From sequence record ON075799: a stretch of DNA of 64,000 nt. The stretch is one strand, 5' to 3'. This document shows positions 1-8,292 of the stretch, piece after piece. The notes under the pieces were generated by a model. It did not search any database. It was given only the letters and a program-made list of their open reading frames with translations, and was not told where the DNA came from. The first letter of the stretch is position 1, and each line of letters begins with the position of its first letter. The stretch comes from Escherichia phage vB_EcoM_TH18. The position numbers were made by a program, and so were the translations under genes.

Positions 1-17
1 ACCAATCTGCAATAATT

Positions 18-94
18 TGGTGTGACGGACAGGATTCGAACCTGTGACCACCTAGTCTTCAGCAAGGCACTCTACCAACTGAGTTACCGTCACA
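18..94 (-). tRNA. tRNA-Phe (anticodon GAA)
   Basis: Hand-folded cloverleaf on minus strand: 7-bp acceptor, D-stem actc/gagt, anticodon loop CTGAAGA, T-loop GGTTCGAATCC, CCA encoded. Confidence 0.75.
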
Positions 95-98
95 TAAT

Positions 99-175
99 TG
101 GTGGGCGATGAGGGACTCGAACCCCCAAAATTCAGGTTCTAAGCCTGACATGTATACCAATTCCATCAATCGCCC
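99..175 (-). tRNA. tRNA, anticodon UAG (Leu-like decoding) but short variable loop; atypical
   Basis: Minus strand: acceptor gggcgat/atcgccc, anticodon stem tcagg/cctga with loop CTTAGAA, T-arm with TTCGAGT loop, CCA encoded; type-I length (77 nt) despite Leu-type anticodon. Confidence 0.55.
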
Positions 176-189
176 ATCTATATTAACAG

Positions 190-381
190 TTATGGTTTTC
201 CACGATACACAGAAATAGTTTTCCCATTAGCATTGATAACATAAGCGGTCTGATCCTCAGACAAAAACACTTTTTGATCAATGCCGGAAATAGCTATAGA
301 CTTTTGATGAGCACAATACCCAACAATTTTCCCACAAAAAATTTGTTCATCATTTGGAGAGACGACTTTAACTGTTAACAT
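190..381 (-). CDS. hypothetical small protein (63 aa; ORF 190-462 trimmed to internal ATG)
   Basis: Internal ATG at 381 preceded by AGAGGA; the longer ORF would overlap tRNA-Pro. Confidence 0.4.
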   Translation of the reverse strand: MLTVKVVSPNDEQIFCGKIVGYCAHQKSIAISGIDQKVFLSEDQTAYVINANGKTISVYRGKP

Positions 382-423
382 GGTATCCTCTGTACATTTC
401 TGCTTTGATATGTTTATGTTTGT

Positions 424-501
424 TGGTCTGTCCGGTTGGATTTGAACCAACGACCTGGTCATCCCAAGTGACCCGCGCTACCCAAGCTGCGCTACGGACA
501 G
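424..501 (-). tRNA. tRNA-Pro (anticodon UGG)
   Basis: Minus strand: acceptor ctgtccg/cggacag, D-stem gcgc/gcgc, anticodon stem ggtca/tgacc loop CTTGGGA, T-loop TTCAAAT, CCA encoded. Confidence 0.75.
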
Positions 502-585
502 AGAAATGTAGATTTTAATTGTCCCAGAATCTACTAACTGGTATCGCTGGCTAGGTGATATCTGTGACTTGATTAAGTCAAGAAT

Positions 586-677
586 TGGCGGTTCCTGAAG
601 GATTCGAACCTTCGGTGGGGAGATTCATTCCCAACGGCTTAACAGGCCGTCACCATCGACCACTCGGTCAAAGAACC
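586..677 (-). tRNA. tRNA, type II-like (long variable arm), anticodon loop CTGTTAA (GUU?); identity uncertain
   Basis: Minus strand: acceptor ggttctt/aggaacc, anticodon stem acggc/gccgt, extra stem-loop ggga-atgaatc-tccc, T-arm gaagg-TTCGAAT-ccttc, CCA encoded; 92 nt. Confidence 0.5.
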
Positions 678-686
678 TGAATATTT

Positions 687-763
687 TGGTGGATCTGGTT
701 GGGGTCGAACCAACAATCTCTCGATTAAAAGTCGAGTGACTTAAACCATTTGGCTACAAATCC
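687..763 (-). tRNA. tRNA-Lys (anticodon UUU)
   Basis: Minus strand: acceptor ggatttg/cagatcc, anticodon stem ctcga/tcgag loop CTTTTAA, T-arm gttgg-TTCGACC-ccaac, CCA encoded. Confidence 0.7.
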
Positions 764-780
764 GTTAAATTATCTTTAAA

Positions 781-810
781 ATAGCTAATTACTCGCACAT
801 AATTAGCTAT
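781..810. repeat. perfect 10-bp-stem hairpin (atagctaatt / aattagctat) in inter-tRNA spacer
   Basis: Exact inverted repeat with 10-nt loop read directly from sequence. Confidence 0.6.
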
Positions 811-996
811 ACGCAACAACTCTCCAAGGAGAGCACACTAATGATCGATTACGATTATATGACTAAATTTAGACCATCATAAGTGTTTGGCTTACGCCAG
901 TAAAGAGCGGACTGCTCTGGGGTATCGGTAAGATGGTTGCAGCCATCTACCGAAAAATCACACCAAGCAACTAAACAAGCTACATTAAAGATAACT

Positions 997-1085
997 TGGA
1001 GGAGGCTGACAGAATCGAACTGTCACCATATCTCTACAGCGGGACTGGGTTCAAACCAGCTTGTGCACCATGCACCCCAGCCTCC
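997..1085 (-). tRNA. tRNA-Ser (anticodon UGA)
   Basis: Minus strand: acceptor ggaggct/agcctcc, anticodon loop TTTGAAC, long variable arm, T-arm gacag-TTCGATT-ctgtc, CCA encoded; 89 nt. Confidence 0.7.
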
Positions 1086-1156
1086 AAAGATAGCCTCTGC
1101 CGAGGATATACACCCAACAAAGGAGGCGCTCAGGTCAGAAGAAATCTGAGCCTTAA

Positions 1157-1250
1157 TGGAGGAAGATGCCAGACTTGAACTGGCACACCCATTTCTGGGT
1201 TACTATCTCCTTAGCAGGGAGATCCCTTACCAAATTAGGGTTAATCTTCC
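1157..1250 (-). tRNA. tRNA-Ser (anticodon GCU)
   Basis: Minus strand: acceptor ggaagat/atcttcc, anticodon stem tctcc/ggaga loop CTGCTAA, long variable arm, T-arm gccag-TTCAAGT-ctggc, CCA encoded. Confidence 0.7.
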
Positions 1251-1271
1251 AATACCTTAGTAATTAAAAAC

Positions 1272-1361
1272 TGGTGGAGAAGGAGAGAATCGAACTCTCA
1301 AGCCGTTTTACCAGTCAGCACATTTCCAATGTGCTTTCGTCGCCAATCGATTTGCTTCTCC
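1272..1361 (-). tRNA. tRNA-Ser (anticodon GGA)
   Basis: Minus strand: acceptor ggagaag/cttctcc, anticodon stem gcaca/tgtgc loop TTGGAAA, long variable arm, T-arm gagag-TTCGATT-ctctc, CCA encoded. Confidence 0.65.
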
Positions 1362-1370
1362 GTTTTAACT

Positions 1371-1446
1371 TGGCAGGGGATGGTTGATTCGAACAACCGA
1401 TCACGGGGTCAAAGCCCGTTGCATTAGGCCACTATGCTAATCCCCT
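1371..1446 (-). tRNA. tRNA-Gln (anticodon UUG)
   Basis: Minus strand: acceptor aggggat/atcccct, D-stem gcat/atgc, anticodon stem acggg/cccgt loop CTTTGAC, T-loop TTCGAAT, CCA encoded. Confidence 0.7.
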
Positions 1447-1452
1447 TTTGCA

Positions 1453-1527
1453 CGAGAGTGAGGAATAGAACCTCTTAGTCACTGGTTTTGGAGGCCAGCC
1501 TTCACCCAGTGAAGTTACGCTACTCTC
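1453..1527 (-). tRNA. tRNA-Trp (anticodon CCA)
   Basis: Minus strand: anticodon loop CTCCAAA, T-arm with TTCTATT loop, acceptor gagagt/actctc; CCA not encoded. Confidence 0.6.
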
Positions 1528-1535
1528 ATTAAAAA

Positions 1536-2093
1536 CTATTTTCGAAAAGGACTTATGAAAAATGCCAACATCACTCTCTCTCTTGAAAAAGCTCTGTCTT
1601 CAGGAACCACACTCTTCAGTTTCCAACCGACATAAATTCGCCAGTAAAATTGTTTTCCAAACAATCTAAAAGACGGGACAAACGCGAATACACCCCACGC
1701 ATTGTCATTCCACATCAACAAATAGCCTTGTTGGTTATCCTCCACATCAGAGCTTACATGGAGGTTTCCTTTCCACTTTGTCACAGATGTGATTTCACGT
1801 CCAAGTACGTGATAGGAGAAATTGTAGGCTTTATTTCTCCACAACCAAGCAACTCGTTGTAGGTAAACACCAAAACTTCCTATTTTACGGACTTCTTCCC
1901 ATCTCTCTATGTGTCCTCTATCACCGTCTATAGGATTATCATATGTCTCCATCCACCTGAAAATATAAGGCAGATGCCCTGTCTTCTCATTATAGAACGG
2001 AACAACAAAAGGAGCCAGAATAACACAGAGAACCGACATAACTGGGTCAAGAGGTGCTAACAGGATCCACGATAAATATTTTAAGTATCTCAT
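1536..2093 (-). CDS. hypothetical protein (185 aa, aromatic-rich, hydrophobic N-terminus)
   Basis: Long ORF between tRNA sub-clusters; no recognisable motif. Confidence 0.5.
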   Translation of the reverse strand: MRYLKYLSWILLAPLDPVMSVLCVILAPFVVPFYNEKTGHLPYIFRWMETYDNPIDGDRGHIERWEEVRKIGSFGVYLQRVAWLWRNKAYNFSYHVLGREITSVTKWKGNLHVSSDVEDNQQGYLLMWNDNAWGVFAFVPSFRLFGKQFYWRIYVGWKLKSVVPEDRAFSRERVMLAFFISPFRK

Positions 2094-2320
2094 GCAGGAT
2101 CAAGCCTAGATATAATGTACTGGTTTAAATCTGAATATGGGAAGATACTTTCAAAGATAACCTGTTTAAATCTGAAGCCGCACAAACCGAAAAGTACCTT
2201 CTGACACTCACCAAAAGAGCAATCTTTACCAACTTTTATCACAACCGTATCGGCAATCTGCACACTTTCTATCTCTTTAGATTCATGATGCCGTACTATG
2301 ATTACTTTAGAAACCATCAT
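2090..2320 (-). CDS. hypothetical protein (76 aa)
   Basis: ORF whose stop overlaps the start of the downstream gene by 4 bp (translational coupling pattern). Confidence 0.4.
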   Translation of the reverse strand: MMVSKVIIVRHHESKEIESVQIADTVVIKVGKDCSFGECQKVLFGLCGFRFKQVIFESIFPYSDLNQYIISRLDPA

Positions 2321-2445
2321 ACTCGTCCATATTAAAGCCTTCTACTAAAGATAGTAGATGTCTAGGGTTGGACCGCAAACGCAACCCCATGGAATTTGTT
2401 ACGGTCTTCAGTTGACCCAAGCGGATTTCATTGACATCTTTTAAC

Positions 2446-2520
2446 TGGAGCATCCAGAGGGTATCGAACCCTCGACTTCAGCTTGGAAGGCTGTAGTTTT
2501 CCCAATTAAACTATGGATGC
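2446..2520 (-). tRNA. tRNA-Gly (anticodon UCC)
   Basis: Minus strand: acceptor gcatcca/tggatgc, D-stem gttt/aaac, anticodon loop CTTCCAA, T-arm gaggg-TTCGATA-ccctc, CCA encoded. Confidence 0.7.
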
Positions 2521-2525
2521 ATATT

Positions 2526-2601
2526 TGGTGGGAGTGGTAGGCTCTGCCCCTACGTCCTCTCGATTATCGGTCGAGCGATCTACTAACTGATCTACACTCC
2601 C
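2526..2601 (-). tRNA. tRNA-Ile-like (anticodon GAU), atypical T-loop
   Basis: Minus strand: acceptor gggagtg/cactccc, D-stem gatc/gatc, anticodon stem ctcga/tcgag loop CCGATAA, T-stem gtagg/cctac but loop GGCAGAG lacks TTC; CCA encoded. Confidence 0.5.
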
Positions 2602-2665
2602 AAACTGTACTGGCCCAACAACCACGATTGGAGGGTATCGTCACACATCAAAGCCAGTACAGTTT
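2602..2665. repeat. 13-bp-stem hairpin (aaactgtactggc / gccagtacagttt, 38-nt loop) filling the spacer between two tRNAs
   Basis: Exact inverted repeat read from sequence; no T-loop, so not a tRNA. Confidence 0.55.
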
Positions 2666-2669
2666 TAGT

Positions 2670-2759
2670 TGGTGTGCCGTGATAGAGTCGAACTACCCGA
2701 GTCCCTTTCGAGACAGGAGATTTACAGTCTCCCCCGCTACCCCTACGGTCTAACGACAC
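2670..2759 (-). tRNA. tRNA-Tyr (anticodon GUA), type II
   Basis: Minus strand: acceptor gtgtcgt/acggcac (one G-U), anticodon stem ggaga/tctcc loop CTGTAAA, long variable region, T-arm ggtag-TTCGACT-ctatc, CCA encoded; D-arm irregular. Confidence 0.6.
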
Positions 2760-2760
2760 A

Positions 2761-3108
2761 TTAACCTTGTTTGAATTGAACAATATCCGTCGAGAACGGT
2801 TTAGCTGCCTTAATAGGTGCTTTTTCTGAGTTATCTTTTTCGAGTAACTCTTCGTTTTCCTCATCAAAGTAATCAGAAAGCATCTGCTCACCTTTCTCAA
2901 TAACATAACGAGCTATATTTTCTCTGATATTGTCTTTTGTATTCACATTCTTCATCAAATCCCTAAGAACCTGATGAGCTTCAGGAATCATTGCAATCAG
3001 ATTCGTTTTTAAATCTAGGATATTTTTCTCTAACTGAATTGCATTAGATTCCTCTTTCAGAGGACGACCTTTTCCTCTTCTACGTTTTGTAAGCTGCTTA
3101 GTAGCCAT
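2761..3108 (-). CDS. hypothetical protein (115 aa from internal ATG; acidic C-terminal half)
   Basis: ORF 2761-3333 trimmed to the Met at 3108 because the upstream part overlaps tRNA-Cys. Confidence 0.45.
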   Translation of the reverse strand: MATKQLTKRRRGKGRPLKEESNAIQLEKNILDLKTNLIAMIPEAHQVLRDLMKNVNTKDNIRENIARYVIEKGEQMLSDYFDEENEELLEKDNSEKAPIKAAKPFSTDIVQFKQG

Positions 3109-3193
3109 TTTAAAACCCCACTTAATGATATTATCAAATAAAAACATATCTGTCAAGTGGTATTTTAACATATTTACCAAGAAATTGAAAGTT

Positions 3194-3270
3194 TGGAGCA
3201 CGGTGTCGGACTTGAACCGACATATATCTGTTTTGCAGACAGATCCGTAACCAAATTCCAGCAACCGTGC
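3194..3270 (-). tRNA. tRNA-Cys (anticodon GCA)
   Basis: Minus strand: acceptor gcacggt/accgtgc, anticodon stem tctgt/acaga loop CTGCAAA, T-arm with TTCAAGT loop, CCA encoded. Confidence 0.7.
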
Positions 3271-3356
3271 AATAAGTACCCCAGGTAGAGAACCTATAGA
3301 GTGGGTCTTACGAGCCGCGCTGACGATTCTCAAGTTGGGGTTAATCTGGTCGAGGA

Positions 3357-3433
3357 GACAGGATTCGAACCTGTGACCTACGGCTTAGAAGGCCGCTGCT
3401 CTATCCAACTGAGCTACACCCCGAAAATAAGAA
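3357..3433 (-). tRNA. tRNA-Arg (anticodon UCU)
   Basis: Minus strand: canonical D-arm tagctcagttggatagagc, anticodon stem gcggc/gccgt loop CTTCTAA, T-arm acagg-TTCGAAT-cctgt, CCA encoded. Confidence 0.7.
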
Positions 3434-3623
3434 TGCTTTATAGTGTATGGTTACTCAACCTCACTCCAACTTCCACAGTTGGTGCTCTACGAGCATGACT
3501 ACGTTTGAAATCAACGTTGCGCACCGATAGCTTTCTCACGCATTGTATGCCTCATTCCCAACAAATGCTGATCAGACATTTATATCGAATAATATAAGCT
3601 AATACACTATAAAACAAACTTGT

Positions 3624-3720
3624 GGCTGGGTGATGGAATCGAACCACCTATGTATTCAACGGCTTCCCCGTCTATTTTCAGGATTATAAATCCTCGCCCT
3701 TGCCAAAGGGCTTACCCAGC
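3624..3720 (-). tRNA. tRNA-like gene, unusually long (about 97 nt); anticodon loop TTTATAA (UAU?) with about 30-nt insertion before the T-arm
   Basis: Minus strand: acceptor gctgggt/acccagc, D-stem gccc/gggc, 4-bp anticodon stem agga/tcct, extra hairpin acgg-ggaag-ccgt, T-arm ggtgg-TTCGATT-ccatc; CCA not encoded. Confidence 0.4.
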
Positions 3721-3722
3721 AT

Positions 3723-3797
3723 TGGTGCTCGCAGCAGGTTTCGAACCTGCAACCCCCTGCTTACAAGGCAGGTGCTCTACCGTTGAGCTATACGAGC
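3723..3797 (-). tRNA. tRNA-Thr (anticodon UGU)
   Basis: Minus strand: acceptor gctcgta/tgcgagc, D-stem gctc/gagc, anticodon stem cctgc/gcagg loop CTTGTAA, T-arm gcagg-TTCGAAA-cctgc, CCA encoded. Confidence 0.75.
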
Positions 3798-4162
3798 AAT
3801 AAGACATTGCTTCCGATTAACAGCCTTGAGGCTTTACAGACCATATCTTGTGAGCCATAACCTGTGCCAAGGATTTCAGATGATAAACGAAATTTTATCT
3901 TTCAAGAGTCAACTTTCAAGTTTCATCTTTTACATTTAACCATTGACCTTTATTGTATGAACTTTTACTTAGTGGAAACAACAAGGCATCTTCGTGTGCC
4001 TCGCTGCATCTATGTCCTGTATTATCCTCATACATATACGATACATGGTGGGGGATATTTAACCTCCAACCCCCAGGAGGCAAGATGATGTAAACTTCGT
4101 TAATCAAAAGCAATGTTTTAAATTTCAAAACAAAGGAACGATAATGATATTATCAGAGCCTT

Positions 4163-4810
4163 TTAGAGAGAGTGCTCAATCTCAATTTCTGTCTTAGCGT
4201 TTGACTCAGACAACGCAAAATCAACGTTAGACAAGAAATCTTCAATCTCTTCTTCAAGAGAACGAATCTTAGAAGCCAGTTCAAGAGGATCCACAACCGA
4301 TGGTGTGTTCATCATTCGAATAGGAGCTTCCACAGTCTTAATCTGCTCTGCATCTGGCGCTTTATCACGTTGGATATATGGCGCTCTTGCATTTTCAAGT
4401 TTATCTTCCAGAGATTTTTCTTCTTTTGCCAGAAGAAGCTGTGCAGAAGCACGCTGTGCACAAAGTTTGTTTAACAACTCTTGTTTAAAGCAAATCGTCC
4501 GTTTGCGTTCGATTGCCTCAGCAACTGTCATAGACACATTACCAATTTTGACAATTGTCTCAGCATTAGACTTAACAATTTTTGCTTTCAGTTCATCACG
4601 CACTGCCAAGAGGTCTTGCAGACTTTGATAGTCGTTGATCGCAGATTTCTTAAAATCATCAACAGAGCCGATATAACCCGGAATCTTACAATTATTCTCA
4701 GTTCCTTTTGCAATCTTAATACAATCAAGATTGTAGATACGCTTATTGATCTTATCTTCAATTTTAGAGATAGAAGCAAGTGCACGAGTTACGGAAATCT
4801 TAGTAGACAT
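4163..4810 (-). CDS. hypothetical protein (215 aa, predicted coiled-coil, K/E-rich)
   Basis: Long ORF; composition only. Confidence 0.55.
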   Translation of the reverse strand: MSTKISVTRALASISKIEDKINKRIYNLDCIKIAKGTENNCKIPGYIGSVDDFKKSAINDYQSLQDLLAVRDELKAKIVKSNAETIVKIGNVSMTVAEAIERKRTICFKQELLNKLCAQRASAQLLLAKEEKSLEDKLENARAPYIQRDKAPDAEQIKTVEAPIRMMNTPSVVDPLELASKIRSLEEEIEDFLSNVDFALSESNAKTEIEIEHSL

Positions 4811-4883
4811 GCGATCTCTCCTATGTAAATCAGCTTTGATAAAGTAACTATCCAGAAAAACAAAAACTATGTCAAGAAAAATT

Positions 4884-5075
4884 TTAATCTTTTACAGCAT
4901 CTTTTATAGAATCACAAAGATCTTGAACAACATCAGATGTCGGTGACAAAATCATCTCGTCGGCTGCTGCTATAGCATCTGATGCTAAATCAACAAACGG
5001 AGTTGTTACCGCAGAAGTCACTTCAACAGCCGTTATTGTTACTTCGCTTGCAATCTTAAGCAAAGATCCTATCAT
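4884..5075 (-). CDS. hypothetical protein (63 aa)
   Basis: Small ORF downstream of the tRNA-Met gene. Confidence 0.3.
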   Translation of the reverse strand: MIGSLLKIASEVTITAVEVTSAVTTPFVDLASDAIAAADEMILSPTSDVVQDLCDSIKDAVKD

Positions 5076-5151
5076 AATCTCAACCCTCCTGAATATCCGT
5101 GATTCCCTTTATTTAACGACGCTGGCTCACGGTGGCACTCTCGTCAATAAA

Positions 5152-5475
5152 CTATTTTTTAGTTTTCTTACCGTTTTCTACAGAAATGCTTGTTTTCTGT
5201 TTCGCTTCTCGTTCGCGCTTTGTTTTCCCAGTGCGAATACGATATGAAGCAGAAATAACTTCACCACCAATGACACGAGACACAGATTCGTAATACATTT
5301 CAGTATTACCGTCTTCATCTTTGCGTTTTTTCAGAACTGCTACAGTTTGCGTTTTACCACCAAGGCGCACATCGTGCGGTGCAGAATGTGTCTGCGTGGA
5401 TTTTGATCCAAACTGAAAAGGTTGCTTTATCGCCTCGATAGCTGACACCTTTTTAGCAGACTGTTTCTTAGCCAT
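5152..5475 (-). CDS. hypothetical basic protein (107 aa from internal ATG, Lys-rich)
   Basis: Internal ATG at 5475 preceded by GGAGG; Lys-rich termini. Confidence 0.45.
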   Translation of the reverse strand: MAKKQSAKKVSAIEAIKQPFQFGSKSTQTHSAPHDVRLGGKTQTVAVLKKRKDEDGNTEMYYESVSRVIGGEVISASYRIRTGKTKREREAKQKTSISVENGKKTKK

Positions 5476-5527
5476 TAAGTTTTCTCCTCCGAAAACAATA
5501 AACATAGTTTATTTCGTGTGCCACATT

Positions 5528-5604
5528 TGGTGGCCCCTGCTGGACTTGAACCAGCGACCAAGCGATTATGAGTCACCTGCTCTATCCAACTGAGCTAAGG
5601 GGCC
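5528..5604 (-). tRNA. tRNA-Met (anticodon CAU; elongator-type or Ile2-type)
   Basis: Minus strand: acceptor ggcccct/aggggcc (G1-C72 paired), canonical D-arm, anticodon loop CTCATAA, T-arm gctgg-TTCAAGT-ccagc, CCA encoded. Confidence 0.7.
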
Positions 5605-5936
5605 GAATCTCTTAATATGAGATGATATTATCCTGTATGATCTACATTGTCAAGAGATATTTTAAAATTTTATACATCCCAGTTTTCTTCTTGATAACAA
5701 CCTTCCCCGAATCCAACTTCTTTTTCAAAATCAATACCTTTTTTCATACATTCCTCACATTAACAGATATTGTTTTCAAACTCAAAACGTAAAATACGAA
5801 CTCTGTCAATACACTGCTGTAATCTACAAAGCAACAACTCAACTTGTTTATGCGTCTCTTCAGTATACGTTTTGGTCATCTTGCTTTTCTCCGTGATCTT
5901 TTCATTGCAGCTTCTGCACGTCTTTGTTTACGATTT

Positions 5937-6185
5937 TTAGATGGTTGTTCTAAGGATCCTGATAACGTACTTTGTTGTGCTAATCCCTTCGATGGGGTAG
6001 AAATAATATAATCCCCCTTCTTCACCGAACGATGCAATATATTTCCAGGATTCAATTCCAAAACCAGTTGTAGAAAAAGCGACATCATCCGCTTCTTCAA
6101 GCGCATCATCATGTGTTTTATGGAAAGACTCATGTTCTACGTACTCCCCGTTATCAGACTTAAGAACCATTTTTAATTTAAACAT
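5937..6185 (-). CDS. hypothetical acidic protein (82 aa); overlaps an alternative-frame ORF 5876-6133
   Basis: Two overlapping minus-strand ORFs in different frames; the true product is unclear. Confidence 0.3.
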   Translation of the reverse strand: MFKLKMVLKSDNGEYVEHESFHKTHDDALEEADDVAFSTTGFGIESWKYIASFGEEGGLYYFYPIEGISTTKYVIRILRTTI

Positions 6186-6253
6186 AACAAATCACCACTA
6201 ATTTTATTTTTATCTTGTTATTAGATCTTATCAGTGGTGTTTATTTTTGTCAA

Positions 6254-6460
6254 TTAAACTATTCCAAAAGCCTTGACACCACGCTCGTATTCTGCTACTG
6301 CAAGCTCATGAGGAGAAAGGTCACATGAGGCATCCTTGCAAAGACCGACTTCGATGTAATGTTCTTCTAGTCCATCAAGGATATCTGGCTCCCACGCTTT
6401 TTTCATGTCTGGATGGACTGATGCACGATTTCTATCGTACTTCGCTACGAGATTTCTCAA
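6254..6460 (-). CDS. hypothetical protein (68 aa)
   Basis: Small ORF just downstream of the NAMPT gene on the same strand. Confidence 0.35.
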   Translation of the reverse strand: MRNLVAKYDRNRASVHPDMKKAWEPDILDGLEEHYIEVGLCKDASCDLSPHELAVAEYERGVKAFGIV

Positions 6461-6513
6461 AACATTCTCCTCAAAATAAAAACCCCTCCATGTGGAGGGG
6501 AATGATTATGGTG

Positions 6514-8229
6514 TTAAAGCTGTGATAAGGCTCTTTGGCGAATTTCTTCAAGATCCTCATCCACAAGCAGCTTACCATTAACAAAAACTGTTCTAAGCTC
6601 GTTATCATGGTCAGATACTTGGTTAATACCAAGATTATCTACCAGCTTCAACTCGCCATCATCACCACGAATAACTTTAACAAAACCTTTCGCAGATTTC
6701 TTCCCAAGATCAGTCTTAGGCTCTTTTACGACCATTACTTGTCTGCCATCAATCACAGCACCAGTAGCTTTTACAGCCATCCCAAGAGAATCACGGGTTG
6801 TATATTGCGTTGTATAAGACCCTACACCAAACACAATGTTACTGGAAGCAAACCCTCGTTCTTCAAGGCGCTCAAAGATCTCTTTAGCACGGGAGATTGT
6901 GATAGAGTCTCCGTAGATTAAACCAACATGGCTATCAAGAACTTTGTAACCCAAAGAGTTTACACTACCACCAAAGATTTCCCACAAGCATTGTACAGCA
7001 CCCTTAACTTCCTCTTTTGTCAGATAATTTGTAAATTCATCACCTGTCAAAGATTTCCAATCTACGAGGTTGCCTTCCGAATCTCGCATCCATGAAGTGT
7101 CTCTGGACATCTCGTATAAAGTGACATATTTGCCATTTTTAAACAGCACAGCATCCATGTCACAGCACTGCCCCGTTGCCCATTCTTCCTGAGAGCACAC
7201 GCGATAACCAGCAATGATGTGCTCTGGGATCCCACTGTCAGGTCGGAAGACCAGCTTGCCATCACGAGACATAATCTCATCTTTCAGGATTTTTGCTGCC
7301 TGTGTAATGATTGCCCAAAAATCATAGCTGTCAGCGACGTATGAAGCATAACCTGATGGGAAAATCTCTGTCACATAACGCTTTAAGAACTCAACTTCAG
7401 CACGAAAACGTGCTTCATCAAGCGGCATATCAGGATTTTCCTGCTGGATACGCTCAACAATAAAACCAATGTTCGTTGTCGCTACGCTATGCTCAGATGC
7501 GGGAATAGACCCAGCAACAAAGCGACCTTTCATGTTGTAATAGCGATTTGCGTAAACAATCGCTGGAATTGTATCTGTGCCCATTGAGCTAATCAGTTGC
7601 CCAAATTCGCTCTGTGCTGCGTCATGTGTTCCAGCTTCACCACGGTATGCAAAACAATGGTTCTGGAAAGGAACATGATCGTTGTTATCACATGTTTTCT
7701 TTGCCCACAGTTCTGATAGTTTACGGTATTGCCAGAAAGTCGTTGCCGTGGTAATTGTCTTCCAAGTCTCCGATGAGATCACGCTCTCAAGGAAGTTCGG
7801 CAGCCAGTAAAAATCAGGATGCGTGTTCTGAATCGTGAACATGGGAACCTGAACAGGAACAAGAGTTCCTTCAGGCAAAGCCCTAATTTCAATTGGGAGA
7901 TAACCAAGGTCATGCAATTTCTCAAAACCCCAAGTTTCAACAGCATCCTTCCCAATGCTCAAATCACAAATCTCTTTGTAATCCTGAATCGCCTTTTCTT
8001 TCGGTAAAGCGAAGAAATTATTATTAAACATGTCGATCAGGAACCACTTGATAAATCCCTGAAGACCTGCAAACATCACACGATGGTCATCATCTGCAAA
8101 GTGTACAAAGTGTTTCACATTGCGTGGGGTCATGTTGTCTTGAACAAACTGTGAACGTCTATCGTACATCGAGATGTGACTTGGTTTATAAAAATCTGCG
8201 AACAGCAATGGACTTTCTTTGTGAAGCAT
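6514..8229 (-). CDS. nadV: nicotinamide phosphoribosyltransferase (NAMPT/NadV-like)
   Basis: 571-aa ORF; remembered NAMPT-family signatures including the RPDSG motif and GSYT segment. Confidence 0.8.
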   Translation of the reverse strand: MLHKESPLLFADFYKPSHISMYDRRSQFVQDNMTPRNVKHFVHFADDDHRVMFAGLQGFIKWFLIDMFNNNFFALPKEKAIQDYKEICDLSIGKDAVETWGFEKLHDLGYLPIEIRALPEGTLVPVQVPMFTIQNTHPDFYWLPNFLESVISSETWKTITTATTFWQYRKLSELWAKKTCDNNDHVPFQNHCFAYRGEAGTHDAAQSEFGQLISSMGTDTIPAIVYANRYYNMKGRFVAGSIPASEHSVATTNIGFIVERIQQENPDMPLDEARFRAEVEFLKRYVTEIFPSGYASYVADSYDFWAIITQAAKILKDEIMSRDGKLVFRPDSGIPEHIIAGYRVCSQEEWATGQCCDMDAVLFKNGKYVTLYEMSRDTSWMRDSEGNLVDWKSLTGDEFTNYLTKEEVKGAVQCLWEIFGGSVNSLGYKVLDSHVGLIYGDSITISRAKEIFERLEERGFASSNIVFGVGSYTTQYTTRDSLGMAVKATGAVIDGRQVMVVKEPKTDLGKKSAKGFVKVIRGDDGELKLVDNLGINQVSDHDNELRTVFVNGKLLVDEDLEEIRQRALSQL

Positions 8230-8292
8230 GATCTCAACCCTCCAACCTAAAAGCGTATTTTTTCACTAAAACGTATCTTTGTCAAGATGTAA

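Noticed and set aside
937-1178. Plus-strand ORFs 937-1149 and 996-1178
   Set aside because: They lie across two minus-strand tRNA-Ser genes and inter-tRNA hairpins, with no ribosome-binding site; treated as chance ORFs.
2592-2906. Minus-strand ORF 2592-2906 (104 aa)
   Set aside because: Overlaps tRNA-Ile-like, the 13-bp hairpin and tRNA-Tyr in another frame; spurious.
3301-3802. Plus-strand ORFs 3301-3498 and 3620-3802
   Set aside because: Antisense to the tRNA-Arg, long tRNA-like and tRNA-Thr genes; translated sequences are tRNA-derived.
3864-4128. Overlapping ORFs 3864-4088 (+) and 3916-4128 (-) upstream of the tRNA cluster
   Set aside because: Mutually exclusive, no convincing ribosome-binding site; more likely the promoter/leader region for the leftward tRNA operon.
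5664-5742. 25-codon minus-strand micro-ORF (MKKGIDFEKEVGFGEGCYQEENWDV)
   Set aside because: GAGGA is only 4 nt from the ATG and the ORF is very short; insufficient evidence.
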